Shown here: positions 12,701 through 26,199 of the stretch, one piece after another | Numbering within the stretch: the first letter of the stretch is position 1 | Layout: each line of letters starts with the position of its first letter | Assembly (NCBI RefSeq): GCF_000002865.3 | Contig: NW_001865089.1 | Span: 94,794 to 158,793 of the forward strand | Direction of reading: 5' to 3' | Length of the DNA stretch: 64,000 nt | From: Monosiga brevicollis MX1 | Lineage: Eukaryota | Notes under the pieces: model-generated | Seen by the model: the letters and a program-made list of their open reading frames with translations, nothing else | Told to the model about the DNA's origin: nothing | Database searches by the model: none | Program-made: the position numbers and the translations under genes

Positions 12701-15700
12701 AACAAAAACGCCCAAGTCTGCTCGTGTGCCTGATACGACGCGTACGCTACCCCTCGCGCGGTGGCAGCAATGCGCAGGCTGCTAGTGCCCGTTGGCAAAG
12801 CGATTGCCAGGCTTCCATTGTAGATGTAGTTCCGAACGCGGCGCGCATACGCATGCACGGCTGCAATTTGGGAATATGTATTGGTCTCGACCACTAGAAT
12901 ATAATCTTGCGCGGCAATCACTTGTCGTCCGTATTGCGCCATCAGCGTGGTTGTTTCATTTTGAGCCAGAGTCGCCATCACAGTCCATGGCCACGGGCCA
13001 GTCAGGGGTAAATTAACGAGCAGCTGCACCGCCCCTCGCTCCGGAATATGAGCCGTGGGGTCCTCTTCTCCGACCCACACTTGAGGCCCAAAAGTGGCTT
13101 CGTCCACAAACACATCCCCATGGAGGCTTTGCAGCGGCATGTCCAAAGTTGCAGGTGAGGTCCAGGCCGCCTGACACCTAGGAAGGTCATATGTGGTGCA
13201 AAACAACGGAAAAAAAATAAACGCATGCCAAGCACGGTGAGAGACTCGACGCTGCCATATATCCACACCCAGGCACATCGTCCTGCCCCCCACCCTCCCC
13301 CTTTGAACCAACGCAACTCAATACCTACATCCACGCCTTGGCGCCGGCCATCGCGTTGGTCGGGCAGACAGCACAAGCCGCGGCCAAGTCGGTGACATTC
13401 AAACGAAAAAAACCGTTGATACCACAATCAGGAAAGGCAGAGCATACGCAATTTCTGACTGTTCCTGTCGTGAATGGGTAGGCGGTCGAGATGTGATCCA
13501 AATGCACACGCCCGCGTCCTTTGATCCAGACCTCAAAAACTTGTGGCTGGTCAGCGGTGCCCGACAGCGCGAGCCACAGGCTGACTGGTCCAGCCTCATC
13601 GACGTACGTGTGCGCATGCACGTTGTTCGCATCGTCCCGCAGGTTAATCACACCCTCGAAACGTACACTCAACACGACCTCATGCAACGCCGGTGTATCC
13701 GTCATCAAAGAAAAGTTGGTAACAAGCTGCCACACGACTGCATCGAGTGGGTATGTCTCCAAGCCCGGGGAAAACTGCCGAAGCTCGCGCTGGGCAGGCA
13801 GAGGCACCAAGCTAGCGTCCGTTGCCAATGCCTCAACCTTGAGCTGGAGATCCAAAGCGGCGCCAGGCCAGACGATCAAGGGTGCAGCACTCAAGAGTTG
13901 AGCGGAACATGTCCAGTTCCAGGAGTAGACCCCAGACTTCAGCCAAAGAGTGCTGCCCTTTGCCCCAAAGGCATACTCGCTGGCATTGGTCCAGGCTGCC
14001 GTTCTGAGGTCTGCCACTACCTGCCCCTGAGGACAGCCTGCTAAGGGCAGTAACAACGGAATGGGCAGCAGTGTGTCCACGCCGGTTGGGGTTGGCCGAA
14101 ACATCCCGACGGATGAGACCGCGGACACCCATCGCACAGTACAATTTACATGGGCGTCTAGCAAGTTGAAGAGTGACTGGGATGCTAGATGCCGTTGCAA
14201 ATTTGCAAGCACGCAAGTGGAAGCCGAACCACTGCCGCCGGGTGTCTCAACACAACCTTGCAGCAACGAAGACGGAGGTACGGCACTAGGAAGGCAAGCG
14301 TCACACGCGCGAACGACGCTCATCGCCCCCGGTGTTTCAAGTGCCGACAGGCCGTATGGCGCTGAGAGGGAAATGTTATAACTCAAGGCTTCGTCTAGCG
14401 TAGACGACAGTGTGAGTACTACGTCAGATGTGCTGTATAGCTCAATGGGGATGCGAAATCTTGGCGTGACTGGGCGCGAGGTGAAGTTCGCATTGAGCGA
14501 CGATAGGTGAACGACGATCACGAGACCGTGCGCCTCGGCGTTTGAAGCAAGCTCAAACTCCAACAGCACCGGGGCCGGCACAGCGCGAATCAAGTGAATT
14601 TGCGGTACACCAGGGCAGAGAACCAGACCCGTTGCGTTCCGACTCGTCACAAACAAGGGCGCGCTGTTGTCGATCGATGGTATGGGCTCGCATGCTGAAA
14701 AGTTTGTTGGCTGGGTGGACGTGCTTGGCAAGTTGGTGACAGGCGGGGCTGTTGTACTCATGACACCTGGCCAATCTGACTGGGGGGGCGACAGGAGCAT
14801 CCAGACGCCATTTGCAAACTGCGCTCGAACGGCCGCAGCCCCTGCTCGCTCTAATCGGGTGATGACGCTGTCTGTTGGCAAGTGACACAGCGATCCGTGT
14901 TCAGGTTTGACAAACTCTAGGCGCTTCCCATCGGCGACGACGATAGTGGGCGTTGTGTCTGTCATGAACATGTCAAAGGAGTTCACCTCATCATCGTAGT
15001 AGCGGTCGTCGCTGCCTCCGTCATCTGCACCGTCATAGTCGTCACTCCCAGTGACAGCGAGGTTGCTCACTTGATTGCTGCCACTGTTTTCTCTGGTGCC
15101 TGTCCTGCGAGCAGGAGGTACCACGATGAGCAGCTCCGCGTTGATGCAATCCAGCGCTACAAAATGTGCTCTGATCAACGTTGACAGTTCAGGATTCCAC
15201 TCATAAATGCTCAGAAACACCACTCCAGTTTCCATCTCCAACACGGCCAAGTGAGATGCGTTTATGAAATCAAAGGCACCTCGAACGTTTTGCAAGACGG
15301 GCACGGTTCGACGGTCTGCAAAACTCCAACGATACAAACACCGTGGCGCGGCAGGCCCATAACCCGGGCACTCGGCTGTATACCAGAGGCTCCTGGTATC
15401 CAGCCTGGCTACGACACGCGTGACGCTGCTTGTGATAACGCGCAGATGACCCAGTGTTGGACTGGGCACGGCGGGCACCAATACCAACGAGCCTAGCGTT
15501 GCATTATCCGCAGTGCCAGAAGTCTCGGTGACTGTACTCTGGCACCACAAAGCGGCCATGGTATCCGTCAGCGCCAAGATGACAACATCTGCACATTGGA
15601 GAGCCTGAAGGGCCTCGGAAGCGTGGACAAAGCCGGTCCAGGCAGTCGAGGCTAAAAAGTAGCGGTTGTCGAGAAGCACCACGCTCAACACACTCCAGTC

Positions 15701-18700
15701 CAAGGCTGCGCTGTCAACAAGCTCGGCGGTCGCGCCGGTGCCGTTGAAAACACCATCGATGGGACTACCTGGACACGCAGTCGACAAGACATGCACAACT
15801 TGATCTTGGCCTTCGTCCACCAGCACCGGTTTGCACTCTATCATAGACACGACGGGAGCTACGGGGCAGAGGCTGGGGGTATAGGCAATGTACGCCGTCT
15901 GCTCAAACATGCTCATGTCAACGTACAAGACCGGAAATGTACCTCGCGGGCATGAGATACTATCCCGCTCCACGACGCACGACGTTGCAGCACAATCAAC
16001 GCGTGTGGCCAGGGAGAACGCCTCAAATGCGGGCCCTGCGACGCATCGTCTGGCCGCCATGGTCACTGACCGCAATGCAGCGGGCACATGCACAGTGACG
16101 TGTCGAACAAACTGCAGGGATATGGCCATGTGCCAACCCACACCGGGCGCACAGAGCGTTGTTGTGACGATTTGGTGCTCCGCGGGCAACACTATGATTT
16201 CAGGAGACAATGTGGCACACGGTAAGGAGTAGTTTGCAGGGAGGCCACCCGTTTGAAGAATGACGTCGGTCACAAGTTCGTGAGGCCGGGCGTTCAGCGG
16301 CAGGACAGCAAACTCGCTGGTTATGGCGCGTAGGCGCAGCGTGGAAGCTGTTGGGGTCAGGGAGCCGTCGGCTGCATCGGGTAGGCTGTAGATAACCGCT
16401 GCCTGGCAAGCCGCCGTGGAAAGCTCGGCGGCCTCGATGCGAACCAACACGGTGTCAAAGGAACGAGGCCGTTGTCGAACCAGAACGTAGACGGCACTGC
16501 CAACAACGGCGCGTGAGAGCACCGTCCCCCAATGCGTCGGGCAGGAGGTTAGAGAGCCCTCCTCCAGCCCCAAAAGTCCCACGCGCCACGCACGCGTGGC
16601 GACACTTTGTTCGACAACGGCAAGCACGGGCTGTTCAGCGATGCGCAGGGTGCCAGCAGGCGTCCAAACACCAGACAGAAACGTGGTTACGTTTCGAACA
16701 GGAGAGGACAAGTGCACAATGCGCAGATTAGTCATGACCGTGCTTGAAATCGCGTCTTCGTGGTGCTTGAAAAAAATTGCTACGGGCTCCGTCAAGGCCG
16801 CTCGGAACAGCCTCAACCCGCTGTGCGCGTTGAAAAATATTTGTGCATCTCCCTCCGCCACACCTGAGTCGCTGTTCACTGAGGTGACAGAAAAATGGTC
16901 GTCCTTGTGCTCGACAACGACAAACAGCGCACCGTTTGAAGCATTGACTCCGCTGGCAGTTGCGTTTGCAGGCTGGGCGGCGGAAGCCAGAAGAACCAAG
17001 TCTACCACACTCACGCCTATTGTCCACATGCGCACAATCATGAAGCACGGCTGGCCATTGCTTCCGAGCGTACGACATGGCGCGCTCCACAATTGATCAG
17101 TCAGCCTGGTGGGAACACCTGTAACGTTGACCTTGACCTGATACTGGTATCGGTCTGGGGCCAAGCCAGACGCTGTCAACTGCCATTCGTTACGTGGCCC
17201 CGGGGAGCGCCAAATAGGAGTATGCTCAGTCGGAGACCAGCTAGCAAAAACATGACCCGTCCAAAGTGCCGAGGCAGCCAAGCCATCGGGTATGGGCATC
17301 GACGGAAACGGCAGCGCACAGGAGCAGGACAAGCCATCGGCAGATATGTCGAGAACATCATACGTGGCGAGTGGGGCGAGGTGGAGGATGATATGCACAT
17401 GCTTGTGTGCTGGTATCAAGGTCGGCACCAACAGTTCCTTGTGTTGGGGCAAGTTCAACTCAACGTCATCAAAGATGGTGGAGGTGTTGACAGCAAGCGT
17501 GGTACGGCGGATACCTCGAGAAGCACCAAACCGACTGGTAATGGAGAGACTGATGGGCTCGAGGGAGCACCAGTCCAAGCGCACGTGGGCTAGCGGATTG
17601 CTGTTATCCAACATGACCACCGTTTGTTGCTGCGGCTTGCACGGAAAGGTGCGGAAAGGCGCCAATTGAGACAAAATTGATCGCACAGCCGCTGTGGTTT
17701 GTAGCATCACCACAGAGAAGCCCAGGCCTGGGTGCATCATGGTCAAGATGTTTAGGTTGAGATGGGCACGCCACCCTGCTCTGAGTCGCATAAGCGTTAT
17801 CGCGTTGGTCCTCACTGAAACAAAATACGGGAGCTCTGTTTCGAAACAGCCCAACCACTCATCCTCGGCCAGCAGAATCACAGGAAGCGTGCAGTTGTTC
17901 GCCAGGATGGGAAGAGATGTTACGTCATCTCCATTGAGTAGCATATCTGGATTGTCAAACACGATGACGCTGGACTTGACGCCGCGGGGCTCTGTCACGT
18001 GCCAGAAAGTCATGTGATGACGCAGAAAAATTCCAGAAACGTGACCATCAATGCCGAGAAGCTGACGCGAATTTGAGGTGGTCAACCGGAGCACAGCTTT
18101 ATTGCTGTCAACCATCATGATGTACAAAGCCACCGAGCCCCCCGCGGTGCTGGCTTGAACAAAGACATGCGAGCTGTTCAGTGCAACCATACCAAGCGAT
18201 GCGCCATAACCCAAACCATCGTAGCCGCCGCCAGAAAAGACGTCATTTGTTTGCGGTAAGCTGTCATGGGCTGCGACAATGTAGCCTTTTAACACATGAC
18301 CAATTTGCGCGCGGCTCCAAGGCATACTCATCATTTGAAACTGATTGCTGCGGAGAGCATTTCGCAGAAATGGGTCAGTATCGGTTATGAGGAAGTTGTC
18401 CGTGTCAGGGTAATACTTGACAATGAAGTTGCGTAGATCAGGGAATTCAAAGGGGCTGCGGTTGCGAATCATAAAGATAACCTCCTCGTTTGTGTCCACG
18501 CGCTTCAGCTGCGCCCCAAACTGGTAGCGGTCACTCTTCAGAGCAGAGGCTTGTAACAAGTCCCATTCTTGGCCCGAGTTTTTGGTTTTGGCGGCCAAGC
18601 TGGATAGATTCAGCGCCTTGGATATGGACAAATCGAGTGGGCTCAAAGCTAGGATGACACTCTGCTCGTCCGTGCACAAGCAAGTCGTCTCGCTGCACTC

Positions 18701-19346
18701 ACAATGATGCAGAGCCATCGTGTCGAATATGGTCATGGCGCCGTAGACTTGAAAGGTAGAAAAGGCAGTGGCGTTGTCATAAAAAGTGAAGCCAATCGCT
18801 CCTGTTTGGAGCGGCGTTGTCTTGAACCATGACATGTTGTCAAAATTGAGCAAATCTGGGTAGAAAAAACAAAAGGTGATCAAGCGCACATTGCAGGAGA
18901 AAGCCCAGATGCAGTCGCAAGTGAGGGAGTGTGTGCGATGGGAGATTGTGTGCTTGTGAAGCGGAGAAACTAAACAATTGGTAAAATAAAATAAAAAAAA
19001 TAAAGACCTCTGGCGCATCAAAGAAAACCTACCTAGCGCCTCATAACTGTCGCCGTTCACAATGCAGATCACTCTTGCAAAGGTTCCGCATTGGTCTTGT
19101 GCGCAGACAGCGACGGCCGTGCACACACCCAGAAAGGCGTAGCTGTCCGCCAAAGGAAGGTGTACGGTGGAGGAAAGTGGCCAATGCGTGAGATAGGACC
19201 AAGTCTCGCGGATTGTGTAGCGTTGATAGCTCACAATGCCAAACACTACGTCAATCATCAAATGTGAGAGCGAGGGGCCGCCATGCCGAAAAAAAAATAT
19301 CCGTTAGCTCCCTAGCATCCAAACATATGAAACTCAAGTCCCCCAC

Positions 19347-19389
<43 letters not shown>

Positions 19390-21143
19390 AGAAAAAAAAC
19401 AGAAAGTAAAATAAAAAAACATGCAACATGCATGCGTCGGCAGTTGTAAAGTACCGACCTGGAGCAATGGGATTGGAATGATCAACATGCAAGTGCAAGC
19501 CGTACAAGGCCCATGTGGCTGTCACCATTAGAACAATGTCTTGTGCAGTATTGTCGGTGCTGGGGATGGATCGGGAGACCAAGACAGCACGGCCAAAGTC
19601 AACGCTAGGGGCAAATACATGCTGTGCAATTTCACGAAGGGTGGTGCCGTAGCCTAACGAGACCGCGTCCATGAGCCGACAAGAGGTGAGCAACCTTATT
19701 ACCCATAGCGATTGTCATTCAAGAGATACAGCCGGCCGGGCCGACGACTCGGCCAAAATGGTCCGACCAACCAGTAGAAGTCACGATTAAAACATTTCCT
19801 GGAGGAGAGTCCCCCGGGTCTAATGTCTCATGAACGTTGAAAGCAAGCGAGGAGGCGATAAAATAGGTTTGCATGGCTGCCAATGGTTGACGAGGGAGGG
19901 CCAAACGAAAGAGGAACGCAGTGAGTCTATCTCGATCAGAGCAGAGGGCAGCACTTGACACACTCACTCTGCGGCCTGTGCAGGTCAATGGATTGAGCCA
20001 CAGCAAGCGAATGCCCCATTTGAGGCAAGCTCCAATTTGCAATGGTCTAGGTGGCCAGCAGCCGGATCCTGAGTGAAAGCCAAGCAGAGGCACAGGGTCG
20101 CTCGGGTAGAGTGTCAGAGTTCGCAGGCAAGTACAGACCGGAATCTTTGCAACAGAGTCGAAGAATAGGCGCTGCCAGATCGGGGTAACAAGAGTAGCAG
20201 GAACTGTTCACGAAGTTTGACACAACACAAGGTCAGCCTTTGGATCGAGAATGAGGTTAAAAGGGCTTAGAAGATGAGCGCGTGGCACGCACGGGTAAAG
20301 TTCAAGGTCACACGATAGACAGCGCCGGAGAAGTTGAAGGCCCCGGGAGCCGACACTAGAATGCTTAGCTGTATCGGAGATGTCATGTTAATGAAAAGGA
20401 AAAGGCCAAGGGTGAGCCTGGAGGTTTCATCACGGATGAGTGCCAACGAGAGCGATGGCGTACCTCTGCTTGCTCATAAGAATTGGAGCTGGAGACAAGC
20501 GATTCGATAATGACGCTCGCACCAAACAGAAGATTATCATGCAAGCCCATTTCCTCAAGTGGACACAAAACGTGCTTTGCTGCGAGATCAGTCGTCCCGT
20601 CGAGACCTGGCGGCATTTGGAAAGTTGAGAAATTAATCAGCGCACAGAACCCAAGGCCGTAACGCCAAGCCCACGCACCAAACCAAGTAATGCTGAGCTC
20701 AACATGACCATGCCGATGAGGCGAGGTGCATGGGCCACTGCTACGCGTGTAGCTTTCAAACGCCACGCTCACGTTGGACTGGATAGGATTGCACGAGCCG
20801 GTGTGAGAAGCCAGGGGGATAATGGTGGGGCCTGCGCAGGTGCGCAAAAGGCTCGGTTTGGTGGGGTTGATCGAAGCGTACCGTCACTCGCTGGGTGTCG
20901 GCGTGATACGGAGGCACGTAGTACGGCTCGGAGGCAAGAGCACTGGCGCCGGCATAACCAATCGTGAGGGCTGCCTACGGTGGCTGATAGCGACGCCATT
21001 TGACGCAAAAGCCGACGGGCTCACCTGCCAGCGAGGCTGAGAATGGCGAGCCCGAGCATCCAAAGGCAAGGGCTCCCGCCCACGAGAAGCAGAGGCCGGA
21101 TTTGCAAGGCCAAGCAGCCCGGTGTATGCTTGACGGGCCGCAT
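9739..21143 (-). CDS. Very large receptor tyrosine kinase (long ectodomain, single TM, TK domain); multi-exon, 5' end tentative
   Basis: Kinase exons at 9739-11548 splice to [89 protein letters not shown] and GRTPY. The TM segment [20 protein letters not shown] is followed by RLRDKRQR at about 11850-11930. Long ectodomain ORFs occupy 11626-13170 and 13325-18857, with further exons to about 21000. An ATG at 21143 starts a signal-peptide-like segment, but I could not fix the splice phase of exon 1. Confidence 0.85.
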
Positions 21144-21685
21144 GCTGCCGTTTGCGTGTGGCACTCGGGAACGTTGAGCACAGCGGGCTCGAGGCAGCCC
21201 CGCGCCTCACTCTGCACCTCGAGTCTCGGCCACGCAGCCACCCATCACACGCTCACACGCTCAGACATACACACAGAGAGCCAGCTCACAAGGATCCCAG
21301 TGAGCCAGACCCACCGCCCACCGCCTACAGGCCATGCATCATGGCACGCTGCGCTGGCTGCCAACCTGCCTCTCTCTCTCTCTCTCTCTCAATTCATTCT
21401 CTCTCTCTCTAAATCTAAATCTAAATCTCTAAATAGGCTCCTACGGAAACAGCGTTTTTAAGATAAACAAGGGGATTAAAATACGAACATTTAGTAGCGC
21501 CCGGGATGCTGAAGGATGCTGGCTAAAATTAATCTCTTGAGACGCTGGAAAGCTTGTCTAAACCTGGTGGGTCAGAAGATAAAATAATGACCGTTAGAAA
21601 ATGTCATACTTTTCGCTGATCGGCGCCATGGAAGCGTCGGTAGCTCGGCGCTCTGTTGCGGAAACATCTGGTCCTCAAAGCGTTC

Positions 21686-23454
21686 ATGTCTAGCAAGAAC
21701 TATGATACTCTCGAGAAGGCCACGATTCGCCGTTTGGCGGTGAAGAAGTACTGGGCCGTGTTTGAACAGGTGTTGTTGCGTTTGCTTGATTCGACTCGCC
21801 CCGATCAGTATGATTGGGCTTGGCGTTTGGCTAGCGTGATCGCAGCAGAGCAGGCATCTCGAATATCGCTGAGAGATTTTGAGACCATACGACCGAGGAT
21901 TGTTGCCACTTTTCGCGGTCAGCATTTGCCCGCAGCCCTCCACGACATGGACCGATTCCGATCCCTGTTTGCATTTCATTCTTTGGCTGCGATACACGAG
22001 GCTGTTGAGGCAATGGAAGACGCCGCACAATCCCCTCTTGTTGAAGCGTATGTTATCACCCTGTCTGCACGTTCCTCGATATCATATCTGCTTAAAACTT
22101 CGATATCATGCAATGATGTCTTTCGTGGTTGTGGCTGCTCCACCATAGGTATCAATCTGCTATGCGTGCCAGAAAGCAGCGTCCACTCCCTTTTAATGTC
22201 GCTTTACAATGCACCCTTGCATACAACACGAGTTGTGAGCGGACATACCGCGATATCGTGGAACTGATGGGGCTTGTTGTGAGTGAAGTGGTTGTCAGTG
22301 CGTGCGTAGCGAGCATTGAGGATGCCGTTGCCACCGCTTTCAAACCGCTAGTCTTATGGCATCCTTGGCTGACGATGCATGAGTATGTTGCGTGGAGTGC
22401 AAGACACATCGAGGCATACCAGGGCAAAGGTGTTGGCCATTTCCTCGCTCCCCGACTACGCGCAGAACCCGATTGCCCGCCACGCATCGCTGCCTTTGTC
22501 GACGGAACCGTGTATCCGATCTTCAGGCCCAGTGGTCGCAACCGTAACCAGCGGGTGAACTACGACGGCAATCATCGTGTGTGTACCGTTGTTGTGTTGA
22601 TTTCAGCTTTGGGCTGAATCTCATTGATGAACGCGTCTTGTTGTGTTTCATCTTTGATACGAACCAGATGCATGCGCTCAAAGGCCAGATTATCACTGAC
22701 GCTAGTGGCCTTGGGGTCAGCGTCCACGGCCCATATCCTGGGACTGTCAACGACAAGTAAGGTTATTCGCATTCTCCCTACAATACACGTCCAATATGAT
22801 TCAAATTATCATCTTTGTTAATTCACATTTTAGGAAGATGATACGTCTGAGTCGCACGCTTGAACTGGTCCAGGAACATTGGCCGGCCCATCATGTGCTT
22901 CTTGGAGACTGCGGCTATACGCACACTCCAACTCGCGGGCTTGTAATCGCAAACCCATCGTCGAATGCCGACTGCCACGTGCGCTCTAATCTTGTCTTGA
23001 GCGCTGTCCTCTATCGAGTACCCTTGCTCACTTGATTTGAGTTTCGCAGGACTATGAGCGTCAAGCCAAGGCTGTCCGTGTCAGCGTTGAGCACATCATT
23101 GGAGCAGATGGATACGGTTCGAACCAATCCTGCTTGCCTGAAATCGTAGCTTTGAGTTCAATGCTCATGCTTTCCTATGTGACGATTGTATCAACAATGC
23201 ATTCAGGTGTCAAGTTCTTCTTCCGACGCTTGAGAAGCAAATCATGCGGCATCGCACAGTCAGATCTGAACAATCGGTTTATTTTCATTCACTTGATGCA
23301 CAACCTGGTCATATTACAACGATGGAAAACTGGAGTGGTGAATATGACAGCGGATCGATTTCAGGTTGCCAACGGCCCAACGATGCAAGAATATCTCACA
23401 GGCTCATGGCCGACGAGCATGTGTGGCCCCCGGCCCTTGAGCCATGACTCATAA
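21686..23454 (+). CDS. Harbinger/HARBI1-like DDE transposase (DDE_Tnp_4), spliced
   Basis: Exons give AAFVDGTVYPIFRPSG..NQRVNYDGNHR|MHALKGQIITDASG..HGPYPGTVND|..LLGDCGY|..AVRVSVEHIIG and ..ADRFQVANGPTMQEYL. The acidic catalytic residues appear intact. Start codon uncertain. Confidence 0.85.
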
Positions 23455-23541
23455 ATTCACTACTTTGTCTTGATCAGACACCGTCATTCATATGACATGC
23501 TTCATTTGAATTGATTATGCTATGTCCAGGCTGCCCCCACT

Positions 23542-25556
23542 TTATTTGGTGATCATTTGTCCAATGTCACCCCCGATGCGAAAATACACGTTTCGTGTTG
23601 GGGAGGAAGGGGTGGGTGGCGATGGACCTCCCGATGCGGATGCCACAGTCGGCGGCGCAAGGGTTTTGCAAACCGCCAAAACCTCTTTCATCATCTCGGC
23701 TTGCGCTACGCTCTGCTGCTTCATCATCTCGGCTTGCGCTACGCCCTGCTGCTTCATCATCTCGGCTTGCGCTACGCTCTGCTGCTTGATCACCTTCATC
23801 GCCTCGCGCAGAAGTGCTCGGTCTTTTTTGGAGCGTCGTCGATCTTTTTTTCGACGGCGCGCGTCCTGAGCCTCCCGGTCACGCGCATGTGCCTCGCCGT
23901 AATCTTTGAAATCCTGCAAAACACGCTTGATTGGGATAGGCAAGTCGCCGTTGTTCTCATCCAAAAAGTCGATATCTACAACCAGTTCAGATCACATTAT
24001 TAGACGCCTACGACGGCTTGTCACAATGTGACAGACGCATGGGAAGCCTGCATCGCACCAATACTATCGCGTTTGGCACGCGAGCGAGACTTGACCCGCC
24101 GCCTAGTTTTTTTTGATTGGCCATCGTTGAGTACTGGGACTTCGCTGTCGGTGTGCCCCGAATCAGACAGATCGGCTTGAAGACAGAACAGCAAAGCTTT
24201 CTCAGGGATGGAATTTGCCATGATGGTGCCTTGCTCTGCATTTGCCCGGTATTTTTTGAGCGCACCGATGGATACGCCATGTAATACGGCGTTTCGCATG
24301 CGTCGCATGGACTCCCATGTTTTGGAATAATGGCTCAGCTACAAAGCAACAACAAAAATTAGCTTGTCACGTGCATGTGATTCCATTATGATATTGCGGT
24401 TGGCCGAGCATCATCTTACATGTATCCAAATAGCAGCTGGCTGGTAACCAGATGTGCCTTGTTCGCCAGGTTCACAATTTTCAGGGAAATCCTCCGAAAA
24501 CCAATCCAATAGAGAACCAAGTGTTGCGAACAAGACCTTCAAAATCCGGTTTGAGGTCTGATTATTGCGCGACAAGTGCATGGAGATGGACAACATATCT
24601 GCCCGCACCGACTTCAGGTGCAGATACGTGCTGGCGATCATGGCCTCTGCGAAAAACAACAACTCGGCTGCTTCTTCCGCAGGCCCCAGTCCAGGCGCGG
24701 GAGGCCGCCCCAGTTCGTGTTGTTTCTCACCCGAAAAAGCAGCTCGGAGCTTATTCACGAAAGGGCGCAGACTACAGCGTGCGACATGGGAAGAAAAATA
24801 AGACTTGCTCGTGTTTATGCCAGCAGCGACGATCAAACAAACCTGGAGCCGAGGCAAGTCAGAAAAGCACAGATCTGGAGGTGTCGCTGTGCGTAGATGA
24901 TTTCGCCTTTCTCGGCAATATCCTTTGAAGGCACCTTGCGCACGAGGCCAACTTCTTGACCTTGTCCGTTGTCGACCCGCTTATCACATGTATACCGCTC
25001 TCGACACAGGGCGAAAAGACGTTCGTCGCCAGGACTACACCGAGGATAATAAACACAAGGTCAGACATCAAGACATATCATCAGAATGCAAAAACTGCAT
25101 GTACCTCGTTTGATATCTTGCGAGTGTATCTGCTAGGCTCGGATCGAGACCCCGAAAACGCGAATAACCTGGTCCCAAGGGTATCTTGAGACGGGCACGA
25201 CGTCCTTCCTCATTGTTCGATGCCCACATCGCAAGCTTGAACTCGTCTGCAATCCGAACGATATGAAATACCGCCGAGATAAATGCTTGCTCCCGAAGCG
25301 CCGTGGCGTTCGGAGCAGAAGGGATACAGACATCGTCCGGAAAAGGGAACACGACGAAGAAATCCTATGTGCCGAGGGCATATGAGGAACCACAGGGAGA
25401 AGCGATCTCTCATTATGTTGCACACATCTAACATAACAGGGTCGATTGCGGTTGAGCACTCGCGCAGACACGAAACCGAAGACTCTCGACTCACGTTCGA
25501 GACACATCCAGTGGCCTCCAGGAGAGCCATCATAACGGTCAAATGCACAAAACATA
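23542..25556 (-). CDS. Transposon accessory protein (ORF2), spliced, with basic/coiled-coil C-terminus
   Basis: A chain of minus-strand exons lies inside the TIRs, convergent on the transposase, and ends ARRRKKDRRRSKKDRALLREAMKVI(KQQSVAQAEMM)x3...ITK*. Exon boundaries and start are approximate. Confidence 0.6.
23687..23787. repeat. 33-bp tandem repeat, three copies, inside ORF2
   Basis: Unit TTCATCATCTCGGCTTGCGCTACGCTCTGCTGC repeated three times; it encodes KQQ(S/G)VAQAEMM. Confidence 0.9.
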
Positions 25557-26199
25557 TGTTTGCAATTGGACATGAGGGCAGAGAGAACACATGTTCACAC
25601 CGGTGAAACTTATCATCTCAATTTTATCTCCTCCGCAGGAACAAAACGAGTTAAGACAACAAAATTGTGACATTTGTCTTATCTCCTTCAAAACTATCAT
25701 TTCCGTAGGAGTCTAATCTCCTAAATCTCTCTCGTTTGAAAGTAAAATACTTACCTCTATACAATGTCATCTTTTTCTTGTTATTATCTTACATTTTATG
25801 TCATCTTTTTCAGAGTTGTTGAATTTTATCATTTTGCTCGTATGACATGATTGCGAATTCATGCAACCACACACACCCCTGCTTGCCCCCTGCCTCACAT
25901 GCACTCCCTCGCCCTGCTTGCCGCTTCCGCTTCCCCACACATGGCCTCGGACCTCACCTGCTTCATGCTCTAGTCGTGTCTAAGATACCCATGCCTAGTA
26001 TTTGTCTGATGCCCAGTTCCTCATGCTCATTGTTTCATACCCCGTATCTCCTGCCACGTACCTGTTCCTTGGCATCGGAATCGTCAAGTTGCACGTCTCA
26101 CGGTCGGGCTTTTCCAAAAGTCGCCGTCATGCGCCCGACGCCGGCGCCTCTTACGCATGTGAGCGTGATCCGCCACATGTTACACCCACGCTTTTGCAC

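Larger units (their letters stand above)
21435..25714. mobile_element. PIF/Harbinger-type (PHIS) DNA transposon, 4280 bp, two convergent genes, 15-bp TIRs, AAT target-site duplication
   Basis: Left end AGGCTCCTACGGAAA (21435-21449). Right end TTTCCGTAGGAGTCT (25700-25714), reverse complement AGACTCCTACGGAAA, 14/15 match. AAT flanks both ends (21432-34 and 25715-17), and a CTAAAT simple repeat continues on both sides. Confidence 0.85.
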
